Translations under genes and position numbers: made by a program
Source of the DNA: an uncultured Chloroflexia bacterium
Lineage (GTDB): Bacteria > Chloroflexota > Anaerolineae > Anaerolineales > Anaerolineaceae
NCBI GenBank assembly: GCA_963747315.1
Contig: CAVVEQ010000011.1
Span: 53,723 to 117,722 of the forward strand
Direction of reading: 5' to 3'
Length of the DNA stretch: 64,000 bases
Shown here: positions 1-10,028 of the stretch, piece by piece
Layout of the letters: each line of letters starts with the position of its first letter
How positions within the stretch are numbered: the stretch's first letter is position 1
Notes under the pieces: generated by a model
What the model was told of the DNA's origin: nothing
What the model saw: the letters and a program-made list of their open reading frames with translations, nothing else
Database searches by the model: none

Positions 1-788
1 CCCCTAAGCGCGGCTAAGGGCGCGGATTTGAATGCGGCGAGAAGGGAGTATTCGTAGTTGGTGTTCTGGTATTCAAAGAAAAGCATGCGCCAGAGCACCA
101 CCAGCACGAACAGGATCCAGTAGGGAGCTGTGGCCAGGGCGGTGTGTTTTACCAGTTCCCTGCGGCCGGGATACCGGTCCTGCAGCGCCAGGGCATGCAG
201 CCCCGCCCGCAGCAGCTCGAGCACAAAGAAGTATTCCATCGCCAGCAGGTTCACCAGGCTGAGCAGCAGTGCGGGGATGGTCAGGAGCCAGTACCGGCTG
301 CTCTCCTGCTGGGCGCGCACCGATAGCACCCAGGAGAAAAGCAGGCAGGAGAAGACCAGGAAGAAGTGCCCGAAGTTGATGGCGGTGAACTGCATGTAAA
401 AGCCGGGAAAGACCAGGAAAAAGAGCGCTGCCCAGGCGGCAAAGCGCCTGTTCCGCGGGAAGAGGGAGGTGAGCAGCATCCAGAGGGCGACCGTGCTCAA
501 CCAGCGCCAGAAGATTCCGAAGAGCTGCCACTGCCAGGCGGCGGTACCCAGGAGGGAAGTGGTGAAGGTCACGATCTGCCCGTAAAAGGGACGGTTGGTG
601 GCAAAATAGCGCGCCAGCCCCTCCGGCCCCGCGGATTTGGCGATCCAAAGGAACCACCAATCGTCCCAATAAAAACCCATCCTTCTGATATTGAGCCCGT
701 AGGCAAGGAAGGCGACGAGAAGCAGCAGGCTCGGGATGGCCAGCCACCCCGCGATGGTTTTAAACCGGTTCCCGTTCCGAACGGACAC
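1..788 (-). CDS. Polytopic integral membrane protein, N-terminal ~262 codons; the gene runs off the left edge. A GT-C-like glycosyltransferase fold is only a guess.
   Basis: Absent from the ORF track because it has no stop inside the window. My own minus-strand translation from GTG 788 (or ATG 680) down to position 1 is stop-free: ...KTIAGWLAIPSLLLLVAFLAYGLNIRRMGFYWDDWWFLWIAKSAGPEGLARYFATNRPFYGQIVTFTTSLLGTAAWQWQLFGIFWRWLSTVALWMLLTSLFP... It has many hydrophobic helices. The listed 73..747 minus ORF is an Arg/Ala/Gly-rich shadow frame. Confidence 0.55.
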   Translation of the reverse strand, partial: MSVRNGNRFKTIAGWLAIPSLLLLVAFLAYGLNIRRMGFYWDDWWFLWIAKSAGPEGLARYFATNRPFYGQIVTFTTSLLGTAAWQWQLFGIFWRWLSTVALWMLLTSLFPRNRRFAAWAALFFLVFPGFYMQFTAINFGHFFLVFSCLLFSWVLSVRAQQESSRYWLLTIPALLLSLVNLLAMEYFFVLELLRAGLHALALQDRYPGRRELVKHTALATAPYWILFVLVVLWRMLFFEYQNTNYEYSLLAAFKSAPLAALR

Positions 789-790
789 CC

Positions 791-1477
791 CTACGCCTTT
801 GCCCCCACCAGGGATTTGGCCAGCTCCACCGCGGCCAGAGCGTCGCCGCTGTAGCCATCCGCGCCGATCTTTTCCGCCCACTCGCGGGTGACCGGGGCGC
901 CGCCGACCATCACCTTCACCCGCGGGCGCAGTCCCTGGTCATCCAGGGCTTCGATCACGCTCTGCTGGCCGGTCATGGTGGTGGTGAGCAGTGCGCTGAC
1001 TCCCACGATATCGGCGTTGACCTCACGCGCCTTTTCGGCGAACTTCGCGAAGGGCACATCCACGCCCAGGTCATAGACCTCGAAGCCGTTGGCGGAAAGC
1101 AGGGTGCCCACCAGGCTCTTGCCGATCTCGTGGATATCGCCCTTGACAGTACCCAGCACCACCCGCCCGGCAACCGTTCGCTCCGATCCGCGGCGTGCCA
1201 TCTCGGGCTCCAGGATGGCAGTTGCTTTCTTCATGGCCTCGGCAGCGATGACCACATCAGGCAGGAAGAGGTTCTTCGCGCCGAAATCGACGCCCACCTG
1301 CTGCATGCCGGGCAGGAAGCCCAGGTTGACCGCTTCGAGGGGGTCAATACCCTCCTCGAGCGCGCGGCGGGCAAGCTCCTCGGCAGCATCCACATCGCCA
1401 TCGATGATGGACTGTTTCATTTGGGAAAAAATTGGGTTTGGCAAGGCAGCCTCCGCAAAGATATCGTAGAAACCCAA
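791..1477 (-). CDS. Cobalamin (corrinoid)-binding protein, methyltransferase-cognate type (B12-binding domain)
   Basis: DxHxxG cobalamin ligand motif (GDIHEIGK), SALLTTT and MVGGAP Rossmann-like B12-binding signatures, and an N-terminal helical cap (IIDGDVDAAEELARRALEEGIDPLEA). The listed start is TTG; ATG at 1420 (MKQSII) is an alternative. Confidence 0.9.
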   Translation of the reverse strand: MGFYDIFAEAALPNPIFSQMKQSIIDGDVDAAEELARRALEEGIDPLEAVNLGFLPGMQQVGVDFGAKNLFLPDVVIAAEAMKKATAILEPEMARRGSERTVAGRVVLGTVKGDIHEIGKSLVGTLLSANGFEVYDLGVDVPFAKFAEKAREVNADIVGVSALLTTTMTGQQSVIEALDDQGLRPRVKVMVGGAPVTREWAEKIGADGYSGDALAAVELAKSLVGAKA

Positions 1478-1515
1478 TTATACAGGGGAAGAGGAAGGGG
1501 GGAAGAAGGGGAGAG

Positions 1516-2052
1516 CTAGGGAGTGCAGGTCCAGCCGCCGCTGAAGGGCACGGTGGGAAAGGGCTCGAAATCGTAGGTGATGACGTGCGTATCCGGGATC
1601 TCGACGTTGTTGAAGATGCCCGAGCCGGCGCCGTCCAGGAAGATGGGGGCATCGGTGACCGCGCCCATGAAGGTCCATTTATCGGTTGCACCCATGATGA
1701 TGGCGAGGTAGAGATAATCGGGCTCACTGGTCGATTGCTGCACGCCGGTGATCTGCACCTCGATGCGACCGGGGTCGAGCTTGTTGGGGGTGTTCTCGGC
1801 AACCAGGTTGAGCGGCTCGCCGGGTTTGAAGCCCTTGCAGGCGGTGATATTGAGATTGACGCCGTTCCCTCCCGGGGGGACGAGGGTGAAGGTGCCGCCG
1901 GGGAGCGAAGAGAGCTCGCCATAGGGAGTGAGCGGCTCCAGGGTGGGCGGCGGCCCAAGGGTGGGCTCGAGGATACCGGTCGAGGGGGTGCAGGCGGAGA
2001 GGGTGAAAAGCGCAAGCAAGCAAACGAGCAAGGTATTGGACATAACGGGCAT
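1516..2052 (-). CDS. Lipoprotein of unknown function
   Basis: Signal peptide plus lipobox (LLALFTLSAC), then a Pro-rich linker and a beta-rich domain. No recognisable catalytic motif. Confidence 0.7.
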   Translation of the reverse strand: MPVMSNTLLVCLLALFTLSACTPSTGILEPTLGPPPTLEPLTPYGELSSLPGGTFTLVPPGGNGVNLNITACKGFKPGEPLNLVAENTPNKLDPGRIEVQITGVQQSTSEPDYLYLAIIMGATDKWTFMGAVTDAPIFLDGAGSGIFNNVEIPDTHVITYDFEPFPTVPFSGGWTCTP

Positions 2053-2212
2053 ATTATACAGCCTGCTAGAGGCTCATTGTTTTTTCGAGGAGCAGGCGTA
2101 GGTCGGGAACCTGTTTCGTCCCCGTCATCCCTTTCCAGATCTCATATAAAATGATTGTATGCCACGGGCTAAGGGATATCGGTTGAAAGGAAGCGGACGA
2201 GGGTAGCTTGAT

Positions 2213-2245
2213 GGCGGTCACACACCCGGTGACCGCCCTACGACT
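2213..2245. repeat. REP-like palindrome ending in CCGCCCTACG, at the left edge of AT-rich island 1
   Basis: GGCGGTCAC-acacccg-GTGACCGCC followed by CTACGACT. Confidence 0.6.
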
Positions 2246-2335
2246 ATGCGGATTTCAATCAAATATGGAAAAATCAGGCTAATTCATTTATTGGAAATGG
2301 GGACAGGGTCACACCCTATGATTGGGAGCCATAAG

Positions 2336-3280
2336 ATGAGAATACGATTTGTATTGACTCTATTACTATTACCAGTTTTTTTCATAGTTGGGTGCAATAT
2401 CAATGGAGGTGAAATCCCAAGGTACGATTCCGACATTGTTTATCAAACAATGTCGGAAAAAAAAGAAATTGTGGGATTTTATACAATATCTACAAAATCC
2501 TCAGTTTTCTTCTATCCAAACGAACCACTAATCTATCCATATTATTTTTCCGACGAACTCCTCGCAGCGATTGAAAAAATTGGATACCCAAATATGGTAC
2601 CTGAAATGGGAGGCGTTTTAACAATAATGAGAAACACAAACACTGGTCGTTATTGTGGAAACGCAAATTCAAAAATTAGTGAGTTCCATCCGTTTGGAAC
2701 AGATTTTTCCGTAGAAACCGACTACATCATAAAAGTAATCAATCCGAGAAATTGTGAAATTACACAGTCTCTTTTTGATGTTTCCAGCACAAAGTTATTT
2801 AAAAAGGATAATACCTCTATTTGGTCCTATGCTGTAAATAATAATTCACCCTATTTGATTTTAACAATAGCAACCTTTCCGGATCTATACTTTATTCGAA
2901 TAAATTTACTTACAAATGAAATTCTTGATTATGATAGATTCGGGGTGAACCCTTCTATTTCTCCTGACGGAAAGATGGTCGCATATTTTTCTCAAGACGG
3001 AATTCGAACCATGGATATTGATGGAAATGAAAAAATAAAAGTTACTGATGACCGCAATTGGATTCCTGGAGCAGAATTTGTAAAAGATTATGTGTGGCCA
3101 AAACCAGAATGGTCGCCTGAAGGGAGTCAATTAATCTATCACAAATGTGAATATTCAAAAATCGAGAGTTGTTTAGAATATTCCGATTACACTGTCTATA
3201 TTTATGATATTGCATCTGGAAAAGAAGAAAAAATCCTTGATTCAGCCTTGAATCCTTCCTGGGTTCTAAAAGACCAATAA
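2336..3280 (+). CDS. Lipoprotein with TolB/PD40-like beta-propeller repeats, in an AT-rich island
   Basis: Probable start is ATG 2336 (MRIRFVLTLLLLPVFFIVGC lipobox), preceded by GGGAG. It carries SPDGKMVAYFSQDG and WSPEGSQLIY PD40-like repeats. Codon usage is clearly AT-richer than in the neighbours. The track ORF is 2246..3280. Confidence 0.7.
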   Translation: MRIRFVLTLLLLPVFFIVGCNINGGEIPRYDSDIVYQTMSEKKEIVGFYTISTKSSVFFYPNEPLIYPYYFSDELLAAIEKIGYPNMVPEMGGVLTIMRNTNTGRYCGNANSKISEFHPFGTDFSVETDYIIKVINPRNCEITQSLFDVSSTKLFKKDNTSIWSYAVNNNSPYLILTIATFPDLYFIRINLLTNEILDYDRFGVNPSISPDGKMVAYFSQDGIRTMDIDGNEKIKVTDDRNWIPGAEFVKDYVWPKPEWSPEGSQLIYHKCEYSKIESCLEYSDYTVYIYDIASGKEEKILDSALNPSWVLKDQ

Positions 3281-3550
3281 TGAGTTCGATTTACTATCAA
3301 GGATGAAGTACTGACCGTCCTTAGATAATTATTAAAAAGCGTCCTAACTGCAGGGCGTTCAGGTAGCGATTCAGTGTTAGTTGTAAGCCGATCGCCGGGT
3401 TTATTCCCGCCATCAATCACCATAATCTGCCAATTAATTATCATTGGTGAGGGGTAAAAAGAGGCGCCAGCCCGACGGCTGACTAGTTGTTAATGAAGCC
3501 GTCTGCGAGCCAAAAAGGCGCGCTGCCAGGGCGTGCTATAATCCTTCCTG

Positions 3551-4993
3551 ATGGCGGAAAAAAAGCGAAAATCCACCCAAAAAACGGTACGTACCGATGC
3601 CCGCCGGCGGGACTGGGCCATCTTCGGCTTGGTCTCTTCGGTTGGGGCTTTCCTCCTCTGGGGTGGGATCTACGCGGTAATCCTCAACAAGCTCAACCTG
3701 CGGCCATTCACCACATTTTCCGCCTCCTCCCTGCAGTCCTGGCTGCTCCTGCTCCCCTTCCTTCTGCCGCTTTTCTGGCCTTTCCTCTATTTCCGGCGCG
3801 GCTGGTTCGCCACCTTCTACAACCTTTACCCGCGAGAGAAGCGCGAATCCAGCTTCGGCGATATCTGCCTGATGTGCGACGGCATCGACCGCGATGGGCG
3901 CGTCTACCAGGCGACGGCGACTTTGAACGGGGTCAAAAAGACGCGCGCGCACTTCGTCTGCGATCGCTGCGTGGAACTTGCCGCCCACGATAAAAAACGT
4001 CTGATCGCCATCGGCATCTTCGTTGTAGCCGTCCCTTCCACAATCTGGATGCTCAACACTCCGCCCGGCTCCCAGTACCAGACCATTGCCATCATCACCA
4101 CCCTCTTCGCGCTCATCGCCAGCTGGTGGATGTTCACCTCCGAGATCACGGAAAAAGACAAGGTGACCATCGGCTCACGGCTGGTGGTCAAATTCCTGCT
4201 GGAACCCCCGCCACCGCCAGTGGTCTATGAGAGGGTGAAAAAAGCTTCCGAACCCGCTGCCCCGCCTGTGGCTGCCGCCGCGGCCATCCCTGGCTGGGCG
4301 GATACTCCGCTGCCCCCGCCCGCGGTTCCTGCGCAGGCAGTTGCCCCCGCCGCAGGACTGGCGCCTGTGGTCGTGCGCCCGCTCTCCACCGACGACCGCC
4401 ACCTGGTGGAGCTGCCCGAGCTGGCCAGCATCGGTCACCCCTTCAAGATCCACGTCTTCACCGTTCCCAGCGTGGAGACCGCCGAGCAATTGCAGGCCTC
4501 CCTGCGGGTGGGTAAGAACAACGAGCGCCTGGAGGGCTACATCTGCAGCCGGCTGCTCTTCCTGCTGAACGCCGCCCAGCCCATCCAGAACGTGGATGGC
4601 AACCCAAGCCGCATCAACCTGAACAACCTCTGGCTGCTGCAGGACGTGTGGATCATGGTCATTGTGCAGACCGAGATCCACGCCCTGGAGCGATCCTCCG
4701 TCTGGCGTTCCTGCCAGCTGGATGGCAACATCCTCGACGTCTTCAAGGATGGCGACCGCGTGCTGCGGGTGATCGATAAATACGCCAAGGAGCAGGAAAA
4801 AGCGCCGCCCTTCAAATCCCCCATAGAGAACATTGCCCCCGCCGTTGCCCAGCCTGCATCTCCACAGCCCGCGGCTCCCGTGCAAGCACCCCCCGCGGAC
4901 CAGATGGATAACACCGCGCAGATCAAAAAGCCCGCGCCGGAGCCGACCGAGGATGGCGATAACACCGCGCGCTTCAAGAAGTGGGTCAGCTGA
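3551..4993 (+). CDS. Hypothetical membrane protein with Pro/Ala-rich linkers
   Basis: 480-aa ORF. It has N-terminal TM helices, a CxxC...CxxC segment (CLMCDG...CDRC), two further TM helices, Pro/Ala-rich low-complexity linkers and a globular C-terminal region. TATAAT at about 3536..3541 lies very close to the ATG. Confidence 0.6.
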   Translation: MAEKKRKSTQKTVRTDARRRDWAIFGLVSSVGAFLLWGGIYAVILNKLNLRPFTTFSASSLQSWLLLLPFLLPLFWPFLYFRRGWFATFYNLYPREKRESSFGDICLMCDGIDRDGRVYQATATLNGVKKTRAHFVCDRCVELAAHDKKRLIAIGIFVVAVPSTIWMLNTPPGSQYQTIAIITTLFALIASWWMFTSEITEKDKVTIGSRLVVKFLLEPPPPPVVYERVKKASEPAAPPVAAAAAIPGWADTPLPPPAVPAQAVAPAAGLAPVVVRPLSTDDRHLVELPELASIGHPFKIHVFTVPSVETAEQLQASLRVGKNNERLEGYICSRLLFLLNAAQPIQNVDGNPSRINLNNLWLLQDVWIMVIVQTEIHALERSSVWRSCQLDGNILDVFKDGDRVLRVIDKYAKEQEKAPPFKSPIENIAPAVAQPASPQPAAPVQAPPADQMDNTAQIKKPAPEPTEDGDNTARFKKWVS

Positions 4994-5028
4994 CCCGCAT
5001 ACCCCATTATAAAAATTTAGGAGTCACC

Positions 5029-6387
5029 ATGCCATTTCCAAAAGATTTCACCTGGGGTGCCGCCACCGCTTCGTACCAGATCGAAGGAGCTGCGGCGCAG
5101 GGCGGGCGCGGACCAGAGCGTCTGGGATATGTTCTGCCGCATGCCCGGCAGGGTCTACCACGGCGATAGCGGCGAGATTGCCTGCGATCACTACAATCGT
5201 TATAAGGAAGACGTGGCTTTGATGAAGAAGCTGGGGCTTAAAGCGTACCGGCTTTCCATCTCCTGGAGCCGCATCCTTCCCGAGGGTACCGGGCGGATCA
5301 ACGAGGAAGGGCTGGCTTTTTACGACGCGCTGATCGATGAACTCCTGGCTGCCGGCATCACCCCCTGGGTGACGCTCTACCACTGGGACCTGCCCTACGC
5401 GCTCTTCCTGCGCGGCGGCTGGCTGAATCCCTCCTCGCCGCTGTGGTTTGAGGATTACGCGAAGGTCGTGATCGACCGGCTCTCCGACCGGGTGAGCCAC
5501 TGGTTCACCATCAACGAGCCGCAGGTCTTTTTGCAGATGGGCATGGTGGATGGCACCCACGCGCCGGGTTTGCAGCTGGATTGGCCGGAGGCGCTGCGCG
5601 CCGCGCATAACGTCCTGCTGGCGCACGGGCGGGCGGTGCGGGTCATCCGCGAGCGCGCCAAGACCACCGGCGCTGGTTGGCTATGCCCCGGTGGGTGGAT
5701 CCTTTATCCCGGAAACTGAAACCCCCGCCAATATCGAGGCTGCCCGGATGGTGACGCTGGCCTGCTTTGAAAAGACGCTCTGGAGCAACACCTGGTTTTC
5801 GGACCCGATGTTCTTTGGTGCCTACCCCGAGGACGGGCTGAAAGTCTTTGGCAACTGCCATGCCCACGGTGCCCTCGGCCGATATGGATATCATCCATCA
5901 GAAGCTGGATTTCTACGGCTTCAACACCTATTTCGCCACCCGCATCCGCATGGGCGCGGAGCTCCCCGAGGAAGCGCCCTTCCCGCCAGGCAGCCCGCAC
6001 ACCATGTTCCACTGGCAGGTGACCCCCGAAGCGCTCTACTGGACCGCGAAGTTCCTCCACGAGCGCTACAAGGTGCCGATGTACATCACCGAGAACGGCA
6101 CAGCCTGCATGGACTGGGTGCACGAGGATGGAAAAGTGCACGATCCACAGCGTATCGATTACACCAGCCGTTACCTCAAGCAGGTGCGCCGGGCGATTGA
6201 AGAGGGTGTGGACCTGCGCGGCTACTTCCACTGGACGCTGATGGATAACTTCGAGTGGGCTGAGGGCTACCGCCAGCGCTTCGGGTTGATCTATGTGGAT
6301 ATCCCCAGCGGAAAGCGTACTCCCAAGGATTCCTTCGACTGGTACGCTGGGGTGATCGCTTCGAACGGCGAATCGCTGGGGAAGTAA
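5029..6387 (+). pseudogene. GH1 beta-glucosidase, interrupted by three +1 frameshifts
   Basis: GH1 signatures are spread over four frames: MPFPKDFTWGAATASYQIEGA (frame of 4981 ORF), SVWDMF...ACDHYNRYKEDVALMKKLG...TINEP (5057 ORF), VGYAPVGGSFIPE...FFGAYPEDGLKVFG (5550 ORF) and MPTVPSADMDII...YITENG...DNFEWAEGY (5848 ORF). Shifts lie near 5113, about 5665 and about 5857. RBS AGGAG is at 5019..5023. Confidence 0.85.
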
Positions 6388-6498
6388 AATACCCCTCCCG
6401 GTCTTCGACCATCCTCCCCAAATGCAGGGGATTTGGGGAGGGTGGGGAGGAAGATTTTTGGTTCGCAATCAACACAAGTTCCGAATTTTTAAAAAACC

Positions 6499-7305
6499 AT
6501 GGATAAATACCGCCAGGCAAACCGCAACATGTGGGACGAATTCGCCGCGATCAATTCCAAATCGACGTTCTACGGCGTGGACGAATTCAAGAAAGGCCGC
6601 TCCAGCCTGGAACCGTTGATCCTTTCCGAAATGGGTGAGGTTTCGGGTAAATCCCTGCTGCACCTGCAGTGCCACTTCGGGCTGGATACGCTCTCCTGGG
6701 CGCGGCTGGGGGCGCAGGCGACCGGCATGGATTTCTCACCCGAGGGCATCCGCATTGCCCAAGGGCTGGCAGAGGAGTTGGGTATCCCCGCCCGCTTCAT
6801 CTGCTGTGATCTCTATGACCTACCCGAGCATCTGGATAAAAAATTCGACCGCGTCTTCACTTCCTACGGGGTGCTGTGCTGGCTCCCGGATATTCCCCGC
6901 TGGGCGCAGATCGTCGGGCATTTTCTAAAACCCGGAGGTGTTTTTTATATCGCCGAATTCCACCCCTTCAGCAACGTGTTCAAAAACGAGGGAGATGAGA
7001 CCTCCCTGGAGGTGGCGTATCCCTATTTTACGGATACACCCCTGGAGTTCCCGGTGGACGGCTCTTATGCGGATCCGGACGCGAAGATCGTTCAGCCGGT
7101 GGAATACGAGTGGTCCCCGCAGGTGGGCGAGATCATCACCGGCCTGATCGCTGCCGGGCTACGCATAGAATTCGTGCGCGAATACCCCTTCACCTGTTAT
7201 CAACACTTCAATTTTCTTGTGGAAAAGGAGCCGGGGAAGTGGTACCTCCCCCCGGGGATGCCCTCGATCCCGCTAACCTTCACCCTGCGCGCGAACAAGG
7301 AGTGA
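6499..7305 (+). CDS. Class I SAM-dependent methyltransferase
   Basis: Motif I-like LHLQCHFGLDT and post-I GMDFS. The overall 268-aa architecture is typical of Methyltransf_11/23-type enzymes. Confidence 0.85.
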   Translation: MDKYRQANRNMWDEFAAINSKSTFYGVDEFKKGRSSLEPLILSEMGEVSGKSLLHLQCHFGLDTLSWARLGAQATGMDFSPEGIRIAQGLAEELGIPARFICCDLYDLPEHLDKKFDRVFTSYGVLCWLPDIPRWAQIVGHFLKPGGVFYIAEFHPFSNVFKNEGDETSLEVAYPYFTDTPLEFPVDGSYADPDAKIVQPVEYEWSPQVGEIITGLIAAGLRIEFVREYPFTCYQHFNFLVEKEPGKWYLPPGMPSIPLTFTLRANKE

Positions 7306-7407
7306 TCTTCTCCCTCGGCCTTTGGTAAGTTTTATGCTTTTGCAATTGCTTCCTCGCATTGAGATACAATTCTCCCAAGAAGCTCAAAAATTGAACCCGG
7401 TGATATT

Positions 7408-7683
7408 GTGAAAAGAACCATTCTACTCGCGGCAGTGCTGGCTCTTGCCCTGCTGGGCGGCTGCCGCAAGGCGGATCCGCACCTCGAGGCGCTGGGAACC
7501 CCGCAGCCTGCCGCTGTGGCAACGCGCGAGCGGGTGGGAGCAGTCCCCACCGCCACCACTCAAGGGGGTGCAAACACCGCGACCCTGCTGCCATCCTCCA
7601 TGCCCTTCCCGACCGCCACACGCATGCCTTCACTTACACCCCTCCCACCGGGTACGGGTGCTTGCCCCGCGAAGAATCCCTGA
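7408..7683 (+). CDS. Small Pro/Thr-rich lipoprotein
   Basis: GTG start and a signal peptide with lipobox (AVLALALLGGC). The remainder is low complexity, so coding status is moderately uncertain. Confidence 0.45.
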   Translation: MKRTILLAAVLALALLGGCRKADPHLEALGTPQPAAVATRERVGAVPTATTQGGANTATLLPSSMPFPTATRMPSLTPLPPGTGACPAKNP

Positions 7684-7768
7684 CCGACCGTTATTAAGGT
7701 ACACCCCCAACCTTGGCCAGGGTAGAATACATGCCACCCGGCACAAAAATTGTAACCATCAAATTTCA

Positions 7769-8641
7769 ATGAAAAAGGTCACCCCTCTTTTACTGGTAAT
7801 TTTCATCCTCCTCGCGGGCTGCAATGCTGCCAAAGAGTTGCTTCTACCGGTTTCCACTGCCACACCAACCCTGATCCCGCTTGAGCCATCGCCTACCCTG
7901 GGCCCGACAGCTACGCTGCTGCCCTCCGCCACCCCTGGTCCGACGGAAACGCCCATGCCCTCCATCACCCCCTTTCCGACCGCCACGGGCACCCCGCCGC
8001 CGGTCCCCACGCCTGCCAAGACTGTCTCGCGCGGGGATCTGCACATGCACACCACCTGTTCCGATGGGGTGGATACCCTGGACGACATGGTGAAGATCGC
8101 GCTGGCTTATGGCTACACCTTCATTTCTGTCACCGATCACTCCCAATGCCGGGATGTCAAGCTGGCCTGCCTGAACGAAGATCGGATTTTGTGCATCCCC
8201 GGGGAGGAGGTTCCAGCGGCCAACAACCTGGAAGTTGTAGCAGTGGGTGTGAAGAAAAACATCCGCCCCCTGCAATCCCTCCGGGATACCGTCATCCTTA
8301 TTCACCAGGAAGGCGGGCTGGCCATCGCTGCCCACCCCTGGGCATACAAACAGACCTATTCCAAAGAGGAACTGCTGAACTCCGGGCTGGACGCGATGGA
8401 GTGCCCTGCTGACGGCTCCAGGCCTTTTAGTTTTGATACCCGTTCGCTGCCTTGCATTTATAGCAGCGACGCGCACGAAAAGTGGGCCATCGATCCCTCG
8501 CGTTCTCTGGTCTGCAATGGTGAGATCAAATCCTTCCAGGATCTAAAAGCCGCCATCCTCGGGCACCGCTGCTTTCGCGGTCTTCCCGAGGATGACGGTA
8601 AAACGGGCACGCCTTCCCCTAAGGGCACGCCCACCCCGTAA
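7769..8641 (+). CDS. PHP-domain metal-dependent phosphoesterase, lipoprotein
   Basis: Real start is probably ATG 7769 (MKKVTPLLLVIFILLAGC lipobox). It has a Pro/Thr linker, then the PHP motifs GDLHMHTTCSDG and SVTDH. The upstream part of track ORF 7445..8641 is Arg/Pro-rich junk. Confidence 0.8.
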   Translation: MKKVTPLLLVIFILLAGCNAAKELLLPVSTATPTLIPLEPSPTLGPTATLLPSATPGPTETPMPSITPFPTATGTPPPVPTPAKTVSRGDLHMHTTCSDGVDTLDDMVKIALAYGYTFISVTDHSQCRDVKLACLNEDRILCIPGEEVPAANNLEVVAVGVKKNIRPLQSLRDTVILIHQEGGLAIAAHPWAYKQTYSKEELLNSGLDAMECPADGSRPFSFDTRSLPCIYSSDAHEKWAIDPSRSLVCNGEIKSFQDLKAAILGHRCFRGLPEDDGKTGTPSPKGTPTP

Positions 8642-8642
8642 T

Positions 8643-9905
8643 TTATTTGCGGTCATACCGGTCTGGAGACACCCTTAAGCAGTTGCTCATCATCCGTGAG
8701 GTTTCGCGGTGATACTTGCGGTTGGCCATACTCATCTCACTCTTCAACTCTAGGAGCATCCTTTCATAGCGGTCGATCTCCTTCTCTTCGAGCAGGTCGC
8801 GATATTTTGTCAACGCCTCCTCTAGCAGTTTTGCAGCCTTTTCATCTTCCCCGCGGTCTTTCAGCGCTACGGCATCGCGGGAGATATCTGCCATATAGAC
8901 CAGGGCGAAATTGCGCAGCACGTCCATTTCCGGGCGGGCGGAAGCCAGCTCGGTTGCATCCACGGGGGTGAAGGCCGACTCGGTGGTATCCTCAAGCAGG
9001 TTTCCATCGATTGAGCGCCCGCGGGCAATGGCGGTGATGCGCGGATGATCGGATTTGGCGGCCGGGGAGACCTCCAGCTTCACGAACACGCGCCGCTCGA
9101 TCCCGGAGATCATATCCCCCAGGGTGATCTTGAGCTGGCGGGCTTTCTGCTCCACCGGCCATGTGCCCAACACCGCAGCTTTGAAGCCCGCGGGCAGCTT
9201 GAGGATGATCTCCACTGCGCGGGCGGTCACCTCGCGCAGTCCATCCAGCTCCTGGTGGAAAAGCTCCTTGCTCTGCTCGGGGGTCTCTATGAAGTAGTAA
9301 TTCCCACTGCCGGCGTTGGCCATGGCTTCCATCAGCCCCTCGTTGTAATGGAGCCCCACCCCGAAGGTGGTGGTGGTGATGCCGCGGCGCGAGAGCTCGC
9401 GGGTGTGCATCGCCAGCCGCTCGGGATCGCTCTCGCCCACGTTGGCCTGCCCGTCGCTCAGCAGCAGGCAGCGGTTAATTCCTTCCTTGAGCTGATATTT
9501 TGCGATCTCGTCGCAGCCCTGCGCCCAGCCACCGGCCAGGTTGGTGCTGCCGCCAGTCTGCAGGCCATCGATTGCCGCCTTCAGATCCCTGCGGAACGAT
9601 GGGGTCATCTCACCGCCCTCCTTCACAGTCTGCACTTCATCGTCGAAGACCACCAGACTGGCGCGGTCCTTTTCCTCCAGCAGATCCACCACGTTGGCCA
9701 CGGCCGCCTTTACATAGGGCAGTTTTTCCCCTGACATCGACCCCGATCGGTCGATCACGAACGAAAGGTTGAACGCCGGGCGTTCGGCGCGCTTTTCGGC
9801 GGTTGGTGCCGAAACCACTAGTTCCATGATGCGCTCCGAGGGTGCATCTGCCGAGATGAGCGCCAGGTCAGCCTTGATCTTGAGGATTAGATTCTTGTTT
9901 TCCAT
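8643..9905 (-). CDS. von Willebrand factor type A (vWA) domain protein, cytoplasmic
   Basis: MIDAS motif DRSGSMSG and SDGQANVG, plus a C-terminal helical region. No signal peptide. Confidence 0.9.
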   Translation of the reverse strand: MENKNLILKIKADLALISADAPSERIMELVVSAPTAEKRAERPAFNLSFVIDRSGSMSGEKLPYVKAAVANVVDLLEEKDRASLVVFDDEVQTVKEGGEMTPSFRRDLKAAIDGLQTGGSTNLAGGWAQGCDEIAKYQLKEGINRCLLLSDGQANVGESDPERLAMHTRELSRRGITTTTFGVGLHYNEGLMEAMANAGSGNYYFIETPEQSKELFHQELDGLREVTARAVEIILKLPAGFKAAVLGTWPVEQKARQLKITLGDMISGIERRVFVKLEVSPAAKSDHPRITAIARGRSIDGNLLEDTTESAFTPVDATELASARPEMDVLRNFALVYMADISRDAVALKDRGEDEKAAKLLEEALTKYRDLLEEKEIDRYERMLLELKSEMSMANRKYHRETSRMMSNCLRVSPDRYDRK

Positions 9906-10028
9906 TTATTTCCATCCTTTTCTGATATGCATATCCATTCCGTCACGGGGCATGCTTCGCCCACCGCAGGGGGTTCTTCCCGCTGCGTTTCATCACGATA
10001 TTTAATTCACCAGTCAAACGGGATCAGG

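Noticed and set aside
73-747. 224-aa minus-strand ORF from the track
   Set aside because: It is a shadow frame of the real membrane-protein frame (1..788 minus), which is stop-free to the window edge and strongly hydrophobic.
1344-2154. Long overlapping ORFs (1344..2015 minus, 1432..2154 plus, 1724..2023 minus) across the lipoprotein gene
   Set aside because: They are Arg/Pro/Ala/Gly-rich shadow frames typical of high-GC DNA. The 1516..2052 frame has a proper lipoprotein signal and normal composition.
7445-7768. N-terminal 108-codon extension of the PHP-domain ORF
   Set aside because: The extension is Arg/Pro/His-rich, overlaps the 7408..7683 lipoprotein frame and precedes a perfect lipoprotein signal starting at ATG 7769.
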